Positions 46,176-58,590 of a stretch of 64,000 nt of DNA are shown piece by piece. The translations under genes were made by a program, and so were the position numbers. The notes beneath the pieces are model-generated. The model did not search any database, was not told the origin of the DNA, and worked only from the letters and a program-made list of their open reading frames with translations. The stretch spans positions 13,144,001 through 13,208,000 of the forward strand of contig OZ059899.1 of the NCBI GenBank assembly GCA_964057225.1, given 5' to 3'. Each line of letters opens with the position of its first letter. The stretch's first letter is position 1. Origin of the DNA: Auanema rhodensis (lineage: Eukaryota > Animalia > Nematoda).

Positions 46176-46484
46176 GGCATTCCTCTCACCGTACTATGTG
46201 ACAAGATAGTATTGAACTAGATAGATAGCTAAATAGAAAAGAAGCCAAAACATCAAAAGAAGATTCATCTATTGAAAATAGTTTTGTTATTAAGTTGTAT
46301 TTTGATATTAATACTTTAATTACGTGATGAAGAGGTCATGAAAATCTTTTGAACAACTCACAGAATCAATGTAAAAGGTCAAAAGGAGAGAGAGAGAGAG
46401 AAAGAGAGGGAGAGAGAGAGAGACAGTTCATGAGCATTATAATCTATTAGAAGAACAAAACGATATAGTATTGAATAGAACTAT

Positions 46485-46599
46485 TCACGTGGGTTGTGTT
46501 GATGACCATACGTGAACTCTTACTCTTCTCAGACGGATATCCGAATGTGTGACGTACGTGAACTTACTGATCACGTGAAGATGTATTAGCATACGTGAG
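46485..46599. promoter_or_regulatory. Cluster of five (C/T)ACGTG E-box/HRE-like motifs upstream of the mesh gene
   Basis: CACGTG 46486, TACGTG 46509, TACGTG 46555, TCACGTGA 46571, TACGTG 46592; 310-420 bp upstream of the ATG. Confidence 0.45.
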
Positions 46600-47153
46600 T
46601 TTCATTTGACAGATGAAGATGCATATAACTGGTTGCATATATACAATTTATTTTAATTATATACTATACATATACTATATATAGATCATAATTGAATGCA
46701 AGTTACAACTGATTGCCCAATGAATAATTTCAGAAAATGGTTGTTTCTTCAAAAACATTTACAACCTTTTGCGAATTTTTATTATAAACTTTACTATATT
46801 ATGTTTTTTATAACTCTATATGTTATTACTTGAAAATCATTAAACTTGGAAAAAAAATTTAAAAAATGATTTGAAACTGAATAATCAGGAAAAAACGTTT
46901 GAAAATGTTTATTGAAATCTCTATTAGGTATTGCAAACTGTCACATCATGTTGCCTATGTTAAGCCATATCAGATTGCTGTCTCGCATCTATTCGTTGAA
47001 ACTGAGTTTGATGATTTATGATAAAATCATATTTTTAATGAAATTGAAAAGTATTTCATCTACGACGTTACTTTGTGATTTCAAGTTATAACATTAAAAT
47101 TTAAGCATTGCACCAAGCTCGAGGCACCGATGCTTACTATGCAAAACAGATAT

Positions 47154-47218
<65 letters not shown>

Positions 47219-47973
47219 AGAGATTAAGTCTATTAACATTTCCGGTTGACTGTTGTTGTCTAATCTACAATATCACCCTTGCACAACCTAATTAGGATAT
47301 CATATGCAAACTGCACGGACAGACCAACTTGAAACTTTGGATTTGAAAGCCGGCTTAGTTCCTTCTCTTAATTTTTATTCAACATCTTTTACTATTCGAA
47401 TAATATATTGATATAATACTAATTATTATAGATCAAACCATACAGAGAAAATGCTTACATAAAAGCTTTCAAGCTTATCAGTCGCTCATAAGCCATATAT
47501 AACTGATGATGCTTGAATTAGTTCATGCTTCATAATAATTTTATACTTCTGGCCGTGTGAATGTCCGATTCTTCAGATTCTAACAATATTCGCATGTGAA
47601 AATACAAAAACAAATGTATTGTTGATAGTATTGTAGTGATTATGAGAAATAAATTGTATTAATATGAAGCTATATGCATGATGCTACTATCATTTAACGA
47701 TCCAGGTATCCAGGTATTAAGAAATTAGATTTAGAAAATAATAATTATATTTGTTATAATTCAAAAACAAATATATGCTATGTGAATGATTATAATGAAA
47801 ATGATCAAAAATTTGTAAATATAGCCACATTACATGATATTACGTTTAAGAGAGCTTTCTCGCTCTCTCTCTCTTTTTCTCTATCCTCTCTATCTCTCTC
47901 TAGATATACATATGTATATTATTTTTAAAACAAAAATACGTTGTTGCATCATATTAAAATTAATAAAAATTTC

Positions 47974-48055
47974 TGATGAGAGTGGGATTCGAACCCACGC
48001 CTCCGAAGAGACTGTTGCCTTAAACCAGCGCCTTAGACCGCTCGGCCATCTCACC
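47974..48055 (-). tRNA. trnL-AAG: tRNA-Leu (anticodon AAG), class II
   Basis: Reverse complement GGTGAGATGGCCGAGCGGTCTAAGGCGCTGGTTTAAGGCAACAGTCTCTTCGGAGGCGTGGGTTCGAATCCCACTCTCATCA. 7-bp acceptor stem, intact A/B boxes, CTC-TTCG-GAG variable arm, T5 terminator just downstream. One G30:A40 mismatch. Confidence 0.93.
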
Positions 48056-49411
48056 ACACGTACCAAGGGTCTACAATCCTTCTCTCATATCTTTTAGTTA
48101 GTCGTAAACTTAGCTGATACTGTTCGTCTTTATTTCTGAGGTAAAACACACAGAAAATATTGCGTTTTCTCCAACAAAATTCTATAATTCACATAATTAA
48201 TTAGATCAAATAATCTTTGTTGATTCGTAGCCTGGTAGCTAGAACTATAACACTACTTGGACATCACATGAGCTAACCTATCTCGCTCAATCACATATCA
48301 ATTATTTTGGAAAAGACTTGTACAAGTTTTTTTTTGTCAGATATGCAAGCTGTCGTATGTTGGCTGGCTATGCCGAATGTGCTTTCAGCTAGAGATTAGC
48401 CTCATTAGAAGCATTTTTCCATATTTGACAGCCGTCTATCCGAATAAGAATTGTCTGAATACGAGTAAGTTGTTCAAATTTTGTTGAAGAAAATCATTTG
48501 TGTCAAATAATTCTTTAGTTTTAAGTTATTTTATTTTTAAAACATACAGCATGACTATGTTAAGCTTTTCCAAGTTTAATCACTTATATATCTCATTAAT
48601 ACCATGATGTTTATTCAATATAGTTCTATGTAAACTAAGATGCAAAGGTGGTAAATATGAAACAATGAAGGAGAAATGCTTGATGAGGCATAAAAGCCGT
48701 CGATTACATACTTTGCTTACCTAGGTTCTCAATCTTCTCATATCCTCCCACCAGCACCCCTCTGCTTCACTTTTCTCTATTTTTCAAATGATGTATGAGA
48801 CCCAATTCAGACATATGAGAGCTGAGCATAAAGAGAAATTATAGAATTTTTCAATTGTTTCATAAGATTCAACATAGAGCTTAGTTCAGTAGTAAAAGAG
48901 AAAAGTGAAGAGCGAAAGAGGGAGAGAGAAAAAGAGAGAGAGAGATAGAGATAGAGAGAGTAGAAGTTTTGGATAAAGGTTAGAGCGTGTAAGCTTGACC
49001 ATAGTTCTAGCGCTATATCGGCATTCTTTGTAAATCTGACACCTGAAGACAGAGCTGAATTCATACATTTCACCGAAGCCTACATTTCCGTTTTTTCTAT
49101 TGTTTGTCGTTCTATGGGCAATTAGCATTAACTTCTTCGTTTTCATGCTTACCAGCCTTTTGTTCTTTTCTCGTACTTTTGTCGTTTTGTCACTACCACC
49201 CAAATTTTCAGTCAGAGGCACGAGCACAACAGCCGTGGAGAGATATACATATGTACAAGCATGTAGATGTGTAGCCGTAGCAGCTGCAGAAGGAACTGCT
49301 GTGTCCTCATGCATGTGCATGTCGTCTCTGACTTACTTGTGCTCAAGAGAAGACAATTTTTTGCTTTTTTTTTGTCCCTTCTCCACTCTTTCTCTCATTT
49401 CTTTTTCCCTT

Positions 49412-49442
<31 letters not shown>

Positions 49443-50900
49443 ATCGTTCTTTCTGTCTCGTAACTGAGGAAAAAAAACCTTAAATGTTCTTCACATGTTA
49501 CAATCACAACCCAACTTCATCAGCTTCATCATTAACTTTCTAAATCTATGAAACAGACAAAGCAAAATCGAATGACCAGAGCTATTTCGGAGAACATCTA
49601 CTTGTCTCTCCAGCTATAACTACTTCATCAGCTATTCATCTTCAGATGTTCTGTTATTTACCTTATCTTCATGTTTATTCTCCTTCTTCAAGTACGTAAT
49701 TAGATGTTTTGAATGTATTTCCCTTTGAGTGAGATGAAACACGTTGAAGCTGTTCTGGCTGCATGTCATCAGAAGGCATGATACAGAAGACAAAATGTAA
49801 AAAACAACTAATATTATTTAAATGTAACTACTAAATCTAAGCAGAAAAATTGCTTTTTTAAAAAACATAAAATGGAAAAAAAAGGAAATTTTGTCTTTAA
49901 ATTTCAATCTTTTTCTTTGGTCATACTTCGGTTACTGCTGCTTCTATGGTTTCTATGTGTATTCTGGAATAAATAATGGTAATTCAATACCATATACGGT
50001 TAACTTTCTTTCTTTTTAATCTTTTATTCCGATAAATTTCCATTTCAAATTGGAAAAAGATCAGGATGAGGTTGCGAAAGTTGATGCTTCTTACGCTCCT
50101 CCTTCTCATTCTCCTTGTGCCGGTGCCACCATCTATCTACAGCCCTACCCCTACCACACAGCACATTGCCTTTCTTCTTCTTCATCTCCTTCTTCTTTCT
50201 TCGTTCTCTGTAGCCATCCTGCTTCTAACAACTCAGCATATCAATTTTCAAACAATTTTCATTTTCTAAATCCGCAGACTCTGCAAGATATGTTTCGTTG
50301 AATGGCTCTTGTCTTGCCACATCCATCAATGGATTTTACCTCATCTTTCATCCAGCTTCTTCTAAACGCATTGAAGGATTGAATGTCCGATCACAAGAAT
50401 TTCCTATTACATTGGAAACTTCAACTCATTTCCATCATCAATTTACTATTATCCTCTTGTAAGTTATATCTGAAACGATGGGAATATACCATAAGAGTGC
50501 CATTTCTTTTAAATTTTCTCCAACTTTACCAGCATTAAAACCTTTTTCCAAGTATTATACTTCAAACTAATAATGTTTGTTAATGTTTTCCTAGATGCTA
50601 TAGTCTAATACTAGTTTACTCAATGTGATTATCATAAACTATTAGTTATACACAATTTCAACATTATAATTCCAAACCGGATCGAACCTAATAGGCTCAG
50701 ATGGAACATTCATTCTGTTCCTCAAATCTCGTCCATTTTCACACAATTTTTGTACTTTTTTTCCTGAAAACGCGTTAATAATAGATTTGATTTTATTTAT
50801 TTATAGTTTTAATATAATTAAAATAATTCATTATATATGATAAGAAGCAGTTGTATATAATTTTTCTGGCTGATGTCCTTATACAACATGTATACGTTCA

Positions 50901-51013
<113 letters not shown>

Positions 51014-52308
51014 TATAAGCTCAAAGCTTAGCTTAAACTTGAGATATAAATTAAAGAAAATCATATTTTTATTTAAACTTTTACTTTTAAAATTTTATCA
51101 TTTTCTTAATAACTCACTAAGAAATTTATGATAAAACACCTGTTTAATACATGAATTTGTATAGAATTTTGGGGGGAGGCACATTAACTATTAACTTTTT
51201 TTTTTCAAATTTAGTTATTAACTGAATCAATAATACAATTATTTTAATAATTTTATAATAATATAATGAAATTATATATTTTTTGCTTTTTTTTATTAAA
51301 ATTTATACTAAACACCTAATAAATAAAATGTTTTTTATAAGTTTTAACATTGAATTTAAGTTTTACAGCTTTATGAACATCATCATCAATCATTATTCCC
51401 AAATTGAATAATTAAGATAAATAAATAAAAATAAAAAATAAAATAAAGTAAATATCATTATTACTAAATATTCTTCTATTTTTTTTACTAAAATAATAGT
51501 TTACATACATATACATATGTGAATGTGTATGTAACTGAAAAGCTGACGATTAACTGATAGCTGGCTGAAAACTACACACAAAGCAGATTTTCACGCATAT
51601 GTAACCAGAAATTAATTGTAAAATATTTAGTTTTGCAGCTAAAAATTAATGAAAATGAAGAAAATATTTTGATTTTCAGTGTATTCTTCACGTTTCTCAT
51701 GTTTTGTGTTTCTCTATGTTTGTATCTTGTGCATGGCCGTACTTCTTGTACCCTCGTCTCCTCCTCCTCCTCCTCCTCCTCCTTCTTCTTCTTCTTCTTC
51801 TCCCACTCCTTCTTCCTTGTCTTTTTTTTTGTTTTTTTTTGTCTTTTCAATTAGAACTTTGTCACATGTTTGTTAGGATTTCAAAAATAGAAAAAATGCC
51901 AAATTTTGGTTCAAAATACATGTGTTTATCTCATTTCATCGTCCCTTTAAAACCTTCATGATTCATGAACATTTTTCTATTTTTTGTCGATTTTCAACAA
52001 TTGGAATAAGATTAGAAAGCTGGTGGCTAGGAAGAGTTAGTGTGAATGAATTAATGGTTTTCTCGTATTCCCTTTTTATGTAATTTGATATTTCCTTTTG
52101 TCCGGTTGCTTCCATCCTGGTGATCTACACACGCATGAAGCAAAACCCTTCCATCAATGGTCTGATGTGGCTGCCCTTTTTTTTTTTTAAAAAAAAAAGC
52201 ATCTGCAGATATTTAGTTTAAATAATTGAGGTATTTCAATTTTCAGACTAAGAATTAAGTCATAAGTTAGAGATAAGAAGAGAAAGAGAGGGAGAGAGAG
52301 AAAGAGAA

Positions 52309-52369
<61 letters not shown>

Positions 52370-52879
52370 TCATCATGAAGAAGAAACTGAGAAATAGGAA
52401 CATGTGAGCATATACATTCGTGTAGATGAACAGTTGAAGTAAAGTAATTCAATTTTCAGCGCCATTTTTTTTTGGTGAAAAGAAACAAAATTATTTTATT
52501 AAGTTCAGTGAAAGCATTGTGCCATCATTTGTCATTTAACTTTTGAAAAGTTTAAATATATATATTTATATAAATAGAATATTCTATATTCTATATGTAT
52601 ATATAGATATTCTTGAAAAATTGTTTATTTACATAACATCTTGACGGATAATATGTGAATGATGAGTACATTTGGATTCTAACTTTGATACTATGTATTC
52701 ACACATATTATGTACTATTCACGTGAATATAAAAATATTTTAAAATTTAAATGAAACATAAGATGTATTTGAATAGTATACATTTGAATGAATAGTTAGC
52801 TAAACTATGTGCTAAATAGAATTATATGTATACTTGTGTATCCTTGTTACAGTTCGCGCATCCTTCATCATACTTATTT

Positions 52880-52946
<67 letters not shown>

Positions 52947-54687
52947 TTCTATCTCTCTTTCTTTATCACATCTTTTTTTCTTTTCTTTTTCATTTAAATG
53001 ATGAAAAGAGCTGGAAAAGCATTTTTTCTTATGTTCTATATCTGTTTTGTCAAAGGGCATTGGATTATGGAGCACAAAGCTTTTTTCAAAGGACAATACA
53101 TTCATGATTCATTCAGTTGCTTGGTCACTTCTAGCGTTTTTTGCTCTGTAATATCTGGGCTTTTATCATATTCCCTCTCTCCTTTTCAACTCCATCTTTC
53201 TAGCTGTCTCTCTCTAACTCCCTCACATTTTCTTTAACTCTCTCTCTTTCCTTTTCTCTCTCACTCTCTCTATTCTTGTTTTTTTTTGCTTCATTTTGGT
53301 GTTCATCAATAGCAACTTACGCTGTCATTAGCCAATGAAAGTTTATTTTTTTTTTATAAAAATAGCTCCAAGAACATAATTCTCATTTCTACTGAATGAC
53401 AAGTTTAGACCGGTTGTGCATGAGTTTCTATGTATATTGCTGCTCTCATTTTAGTTCTTTTTGCGATTTAAAGCAGCAAAATGATGATGAAGAGCCATGT
53501 TTTTTCTTTGGAAGTCATGAGAGCGAGGCAGACTGAAGAAGAAGTAAGCCAAATATAGGATAAACTTATTTGTGAATATCCATCATTTGCAAATAAAAAA
53601 ATAAACAAAAACATCTCAGTGATATCTTATTTATGGTTTTTCTCTCTCAGAAGACCATCTTCTACACTTATAAAATTCGCTGTTTTGTCGTTGTTGTCAA
53701 TTGGATGCAACAGAAGGAAACCGATTGGAAAAGACAAAAACGTCGAAATAGCAACTTGTTAAGCTCTTCGCTCAGTATGAGTTAGTTCACCGTAATCGAA
53801 TTAGAAATGCCTAGTTCGGCAACGCTTTTGCTTCGACTGAGACTGCCTTCCAAGCTTGTTGATGCTAACACAATCGTCTGTGTTCGTCAAACGTTTTTCT
53901 TTGGCTCAACTCTCTCTCTCTCTCTCTCTCCATCTCTGCCACTCTTTATCTTGTCTTCACTTTTTCTTTTTCTCTACCTCTCATCCTCTCAACTCTCTCA
54001 AGTTTTTTATTCGACATTTGTAAAAAAAGCCGCCACCGATTGACAAGAATGGTCATATATCCAGTGAGTTGTCGGATTCAATTCTTGGGGGCAGAGTAGC
54101 AACTACATACGGAGCAGCAAAGAGAATAGAGATATGCGAACATATAGTAGAGAACAAGTAAAAAGAAACTCGAACTGAGAGAAAGAGAAAGAGATAGATA
54201 GAGGAATAGAGATTGTGAGAAGGGAGAGAAGAAGTTGAAGTTTTGCCCGATGAAAGAGAGTAACAGGAAGCCGGATAATATAAAGGAAAACTATTAGAAG
54301 TACGATGATTATGATTCCATATATAGAAAGTGGATATCTTCTCTTTCTTCGTCGTCTTCTTAATTCTTCTGTTTCAACTTTTCTGGCCGATTGGCATACG
54401 AACAATTCAATTTTCCTGACCGCAAACGATGAGCATAAGCTTTCTCAGCTGGTCCCGCCCCTTTTATTTAACAGATAAAGCTTGTGGTCGCATCGCATGA
54501 GCTAATGCTCATTGGGATAACGTGCTAGGCCGCCGGCTGTCGAACTGTTTTCTTGTTGAACTTCCATATTTATTCATTATATTCTGAAAAATAATCATTA
54601 TTATCCTTATATGATATCTGAAATCTAATCTATAACATGAATAATTCTTTCTTATCTTAACTATATCATATAGTTTATAGCGAATGA

Positions 54688-57600
54688 ATGTATATCAACA
54701 TGCAAGAAAAGGATTTATTAGATGATTTTCCATTACCTCCACCACCAACATCTCAACAGCAGGTCATTGATCTGCGTTCGGGAGTTATCTTGCATTCCTC
54801 CCACAGCACCACGTGAGTTTCTAATGATTTTTGTTCATCTTCTTAATTTTTTCTCAATTCATCCATGACAATTCAATCAGTTTTTCCATGTCTAAGTTCT
54901 ATTCCCTGATGAAAAATGGAAAAAAAGGGTTATTGAAGCTAATTTGTCATTAAAGAATGTTTAGAAAGCCAGCACGATATATGGGATGTTCAGCACATGT
55001 ATTACTGATTCTTATTCTCTTAGGAAAATCAGCATTATTCTCAACATGGCTTTGGAGAGGTTAGATAGTTTATAAGCTTTATTCAAGTTGTTTTTCTTGC
55101 CTTTTTTTTCATTTTGATCAGTTTCACTCTATTACAAGTGGGTAAACATGAATTTTCTTGATTTATATGTTTAGAATATGAGAATTTCGGGTTTGGATGT
55201 TCATTCCTTGTTCAAGGCTTACATGATATTTCCAGTTCAGTATCTGACAATCAGAGGACGAAAAGGTCAGAGTTCGATATAAGTACATGATGAGCAGCAT
55301 CAATAGCCAAATAAGTAACAACTCTAGTATCCAACTAATCATATAGTGATTCAAATATTCTTTTTAAAAATAATTTTCTTCATGCTTCAGCTTACGCTAT
55401 GACAAAATTGGTCAAAATACGAATTTTCATGTCTTTGTTCACATATAACACAATTATTTTTTTTTAAAGAACAGAAATTATTTAGATCGGCTGACATCGT
55501 AGAATTACTGGATCCACGAATTCAATCGTTCAAATCCAAAAACCCACAATCAACAGTTGTTACAATGACCAATACTCAAGTAAGTTCACATCAGCCAATC
55601 AACTTTGAACCTTTTTTTTTGTTTCAAAAAAGAATAAAAAAATAATTTTTATTTATTATTTATTAGTATATTATGTGAGACTTATATAATCTGTTTCTAT
55701 GATTGTATGTGTGTGTGTATGTGTGTGTACTCCTATTCTCTGAAATCTTTTTTTTTTTCAAACATTCATGGATTTGTGTGAAGATTTGCTCAAGCATAAC
55801 AATCTTCACATAATAAGTCTAATGCCTGAAAGAATACTCAGAAAAGAAGATTTTGCCTCAGTACACGTGCAAGCTCAGAGTTCAACACGATGTTTTCAAA
55901 GTATGCAATGATCATGATGCTCATTTTACGATTTAAGAATGAGCCAAATATCAATTTGTATACTTCTTCATGCATGTTATGCTTAATTTGCTTGCCTTTG
56001 TAGCGTTTTCTAAGATTTTAATCAGATTATTCTTCAGGTTTTACCAGCAGTTGGCATTGAAAATCCGTTAAAAATCAAAACAATACGTCAACGAGTTGAA
56101 AATATTCGGCCGCTAACTGCTGAAGAAGAGGAAATTGATCGAGATTCCGATTCATCTGAAGAACCAGTCATTTATATTTCGCCGATTGTTAATAGACTGT
56201 GCGGCTTACCTGTAAGAATTTTTTGTTTTCCTGGTGTAGCTTATGAGCAGACGTCATGTTTACTATTACTATGAAGTTTTTTCTTTGCAGGATCCATTGA
56301 AGAAGCAACGTAAGGGTAAAGGAAAGGGTAGGAAGACATCAACCACCACAGCAGCACCATCTACAGCCGTAACAAAGAAAAGAGAACGAGGAGGTAAAGA
56401 TAGGCAAAATAAGAAGAAGCATAGGAAAAATAATAAAGGTAATTCCTTGATTATATTTTTAAAATTCAAATTAATTCTTAGTTTCTTTAATTTTGAAAAC
56501 AAAACTTTTCTGGAGATATGGGGAATTGAACCCCAGCCCTCTCCCATGCTAAGGGAGCGCTCTACCACTGAGCTATATCCCCAACGAACTTATCAGTTTC
56601 AGGCGGCATTACGGACCAAACAAAAGCACCGAGACATTTATTTACAATAGATAGTTCTCCAGCAACAACAATTGGGCCATTCACAACAGAGAAATTTCTT
56701 CCTCCGAACCTGAATCAAGGCAAACAGATTTTAAAAATTATCCAAACAATAAGTGTTTTGAAGGACATCTGCGGAAGTTCAAAATGCAAAAAGCCAACCA
56801 AAAGCCCAAGAAATCAAAGCAAGAGCACAAAGATGGAATTAAATTGTCAAAGGTATCTATGTTTATTCATATTAATAAGAAGCATGAAGCATAACCCTTT
56901 GTGACTAACGGAATGCTCCAAATCTATAACTTACCATTAACCTTTTGTTTTAACCCAAATCACACAACAGGAAACTCGATTGATGTGGGAGATGGATGAA
57001 TTAAACTTTACAACCTTCGCTACCTCATCCTTACGAACAACATCTGATAACAGGCTGATAGATGACGAAGATTCTTCTCATATTATTCGAATTGCTTCTA
57101 TCGACGTAGGTTTTAACCAAAATGTCTGCATGTTTCATGCTTGTAACCACAATATCTGTTCTGCAATTATGTCTTAATTCGATGCTCTTTGGTTAAGATA
57201 TGTAAAGCAAAATATTAAAATACTGAAAATTACCACAATTAACCAGATTTGAAAGCATGAAATTTTACCTCTTTTTAGAAAAAGCCTGTATCTTCACCCC
57301 CTTATCAAATTGATATGCCAAGTTCAACTCCTCCTAATCGTATTGTAGCAACAACAATACAAACTTTTCCCAAGGTTTTTCAAGTTTATAACTACATTGT
57401 TTTCATTTTCATATTCACTTTCAAGTTTTTATTTTCATCGCTTCAATCATTTCAGAATGTTGAGCAGCCTCTTGATGATACGTACTATGATGATACTCCA
57501 GTTCTTCTAGAAGACAATGCGCGAAAAGTTAAAAATAACATGAACTCTTACTATTCGCAAAAGCCGACAACCGAAGAGCCAGTTGCTATTTACTATGAAA

Positions 57601-58590
57601 CTGTTAAAGCTACTCCTCCGCCAGAATGGTTCTTAACGACTTTGAAAGAGCTGCAACGACATGCAGCATCTCTACAAACAACTACTCGAATGGTAAAATG
57701 CAATAATGTTTTTAATTGAAATATACTAATGTTTCTAGCCCGAGCCAACAACCACAAAACGACCTAAACCCATCAAGCATGGATTTGATCGAAGTCAAGA
57801 TAAAGCCATTGATGATGGTTTGATTGACTTCCCATCCGGAACATCCAAGCCTCGTATTATTGAAGAAGATCACTCCATACCTTTTCAGGTAAATAAGTCT
57901 GAAAGTAATTTTAATCTTAAAAATGAACTGCAAGTATATGCAAACACAACCGATTATTCGTGCAACACGTCAAAAAATGATTTACATTTCACGTAATTAG
58001 CACGTGACGTCATAGCTAATATTATAATTTTTGCAGGATCAGCTTGCATCCTTCACAACATCAACGGTTTGTGTAGCTAGGGCTTTATTCGATGTTTGGT
58101 GTGTATGTCAGGTATAAGTTTGAGCATTAATAATCAATATTTTTAATAATTTCTTCTTAGCTTTTCACAGCTTTTCCATTTTGTTTGGGAATATGTTTAG
58201 CTCGACGAGCTCTGTTCGTAGCACATCTTGTTTTAGACATTCTATTCCTGGTAATCGGATTCATTTTTAGGTAAACTTTCTAATTAAAAAAAAAGTTTTT
58301 ACTTCATTATTGAACAAAAATAATTATAGTATCACCACTATTGTATTTTCAATTATTCTCTATGTATTAGTTGGAGAGATGCGTCGTTCCACTCTATTCT
58401 ATTGGCTTCTTTTTGCTGTTATTGTTGGTTCGTACTGGAGAGCAACAACAATTATTTTTAATTATCACATGTTTCAGATGTCGTTCTTGTTGCATATTCG
58501 GGAACTGTTATCGTTAGTATGCGCTGCTGTGAACGAATAGTACAACGTCGTAAGAATGCTCGCCTGTCAAGCAATGGACAGAGCGTCTAA
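54688..58590 (+). CDS. Uncharacterised four-transmembrane protein (~648 aa) with a very large low-complexity first loop
   Basis: 16 phase-consistent exons: 54688-54812, 54965-55059, 55175-55265, 55486-55579, 56038-56211, 56291-56438, 56603-56719, 56764-56852, 56971-57105, 57279-57374, 57456-57692, 57739-57888, 58037-58111, 58161-58270, 58330-58427, 58478-58590 (1947 nt, no internal stop). One N-proximal hydrophobic segment (HVLLILILLGKSALFSTWLW) and three C-terminal ones. Confidence 0.85.
56511..56582 (-). tRNA. trnA-AGC: tRNA-Ala (anticodon AGC), nested antisense in an intron
   Basis: Reverse complement GGGGATATAGCTCAGTGGTAGAGCGCTCCCTTAGCATGGGAGAGGGCTGGGGTTCAATTCCCCATATCTCCA. Full cloverleaf, G3:U70 alanine identity pair, T4 runs downstream. 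Confidence 0.96.

Noticed and set aside
46194-46268. Hydrophobic 24-aa uORF in frame with the mesh ATG, separated by one TAG
   Set aside because: Mesh already has its own signal peptide, and T-rich upstream sequence gives hydrophobic codons by default; no evidence for readthrough.
55773-55813. 13-bp intronic hairpin (TTGTGTGAAGATT/AATCTTCACATAA)
   Set aside because: Too short and AT-rich for a miRNA precursor; plausible by chance.
56243-56650. ORFs reading through the tRNA-Ala locus on both strands
   Set aside because: Chance read-through of exon 6 into the intron and tRNA; the spliced model explains the region.
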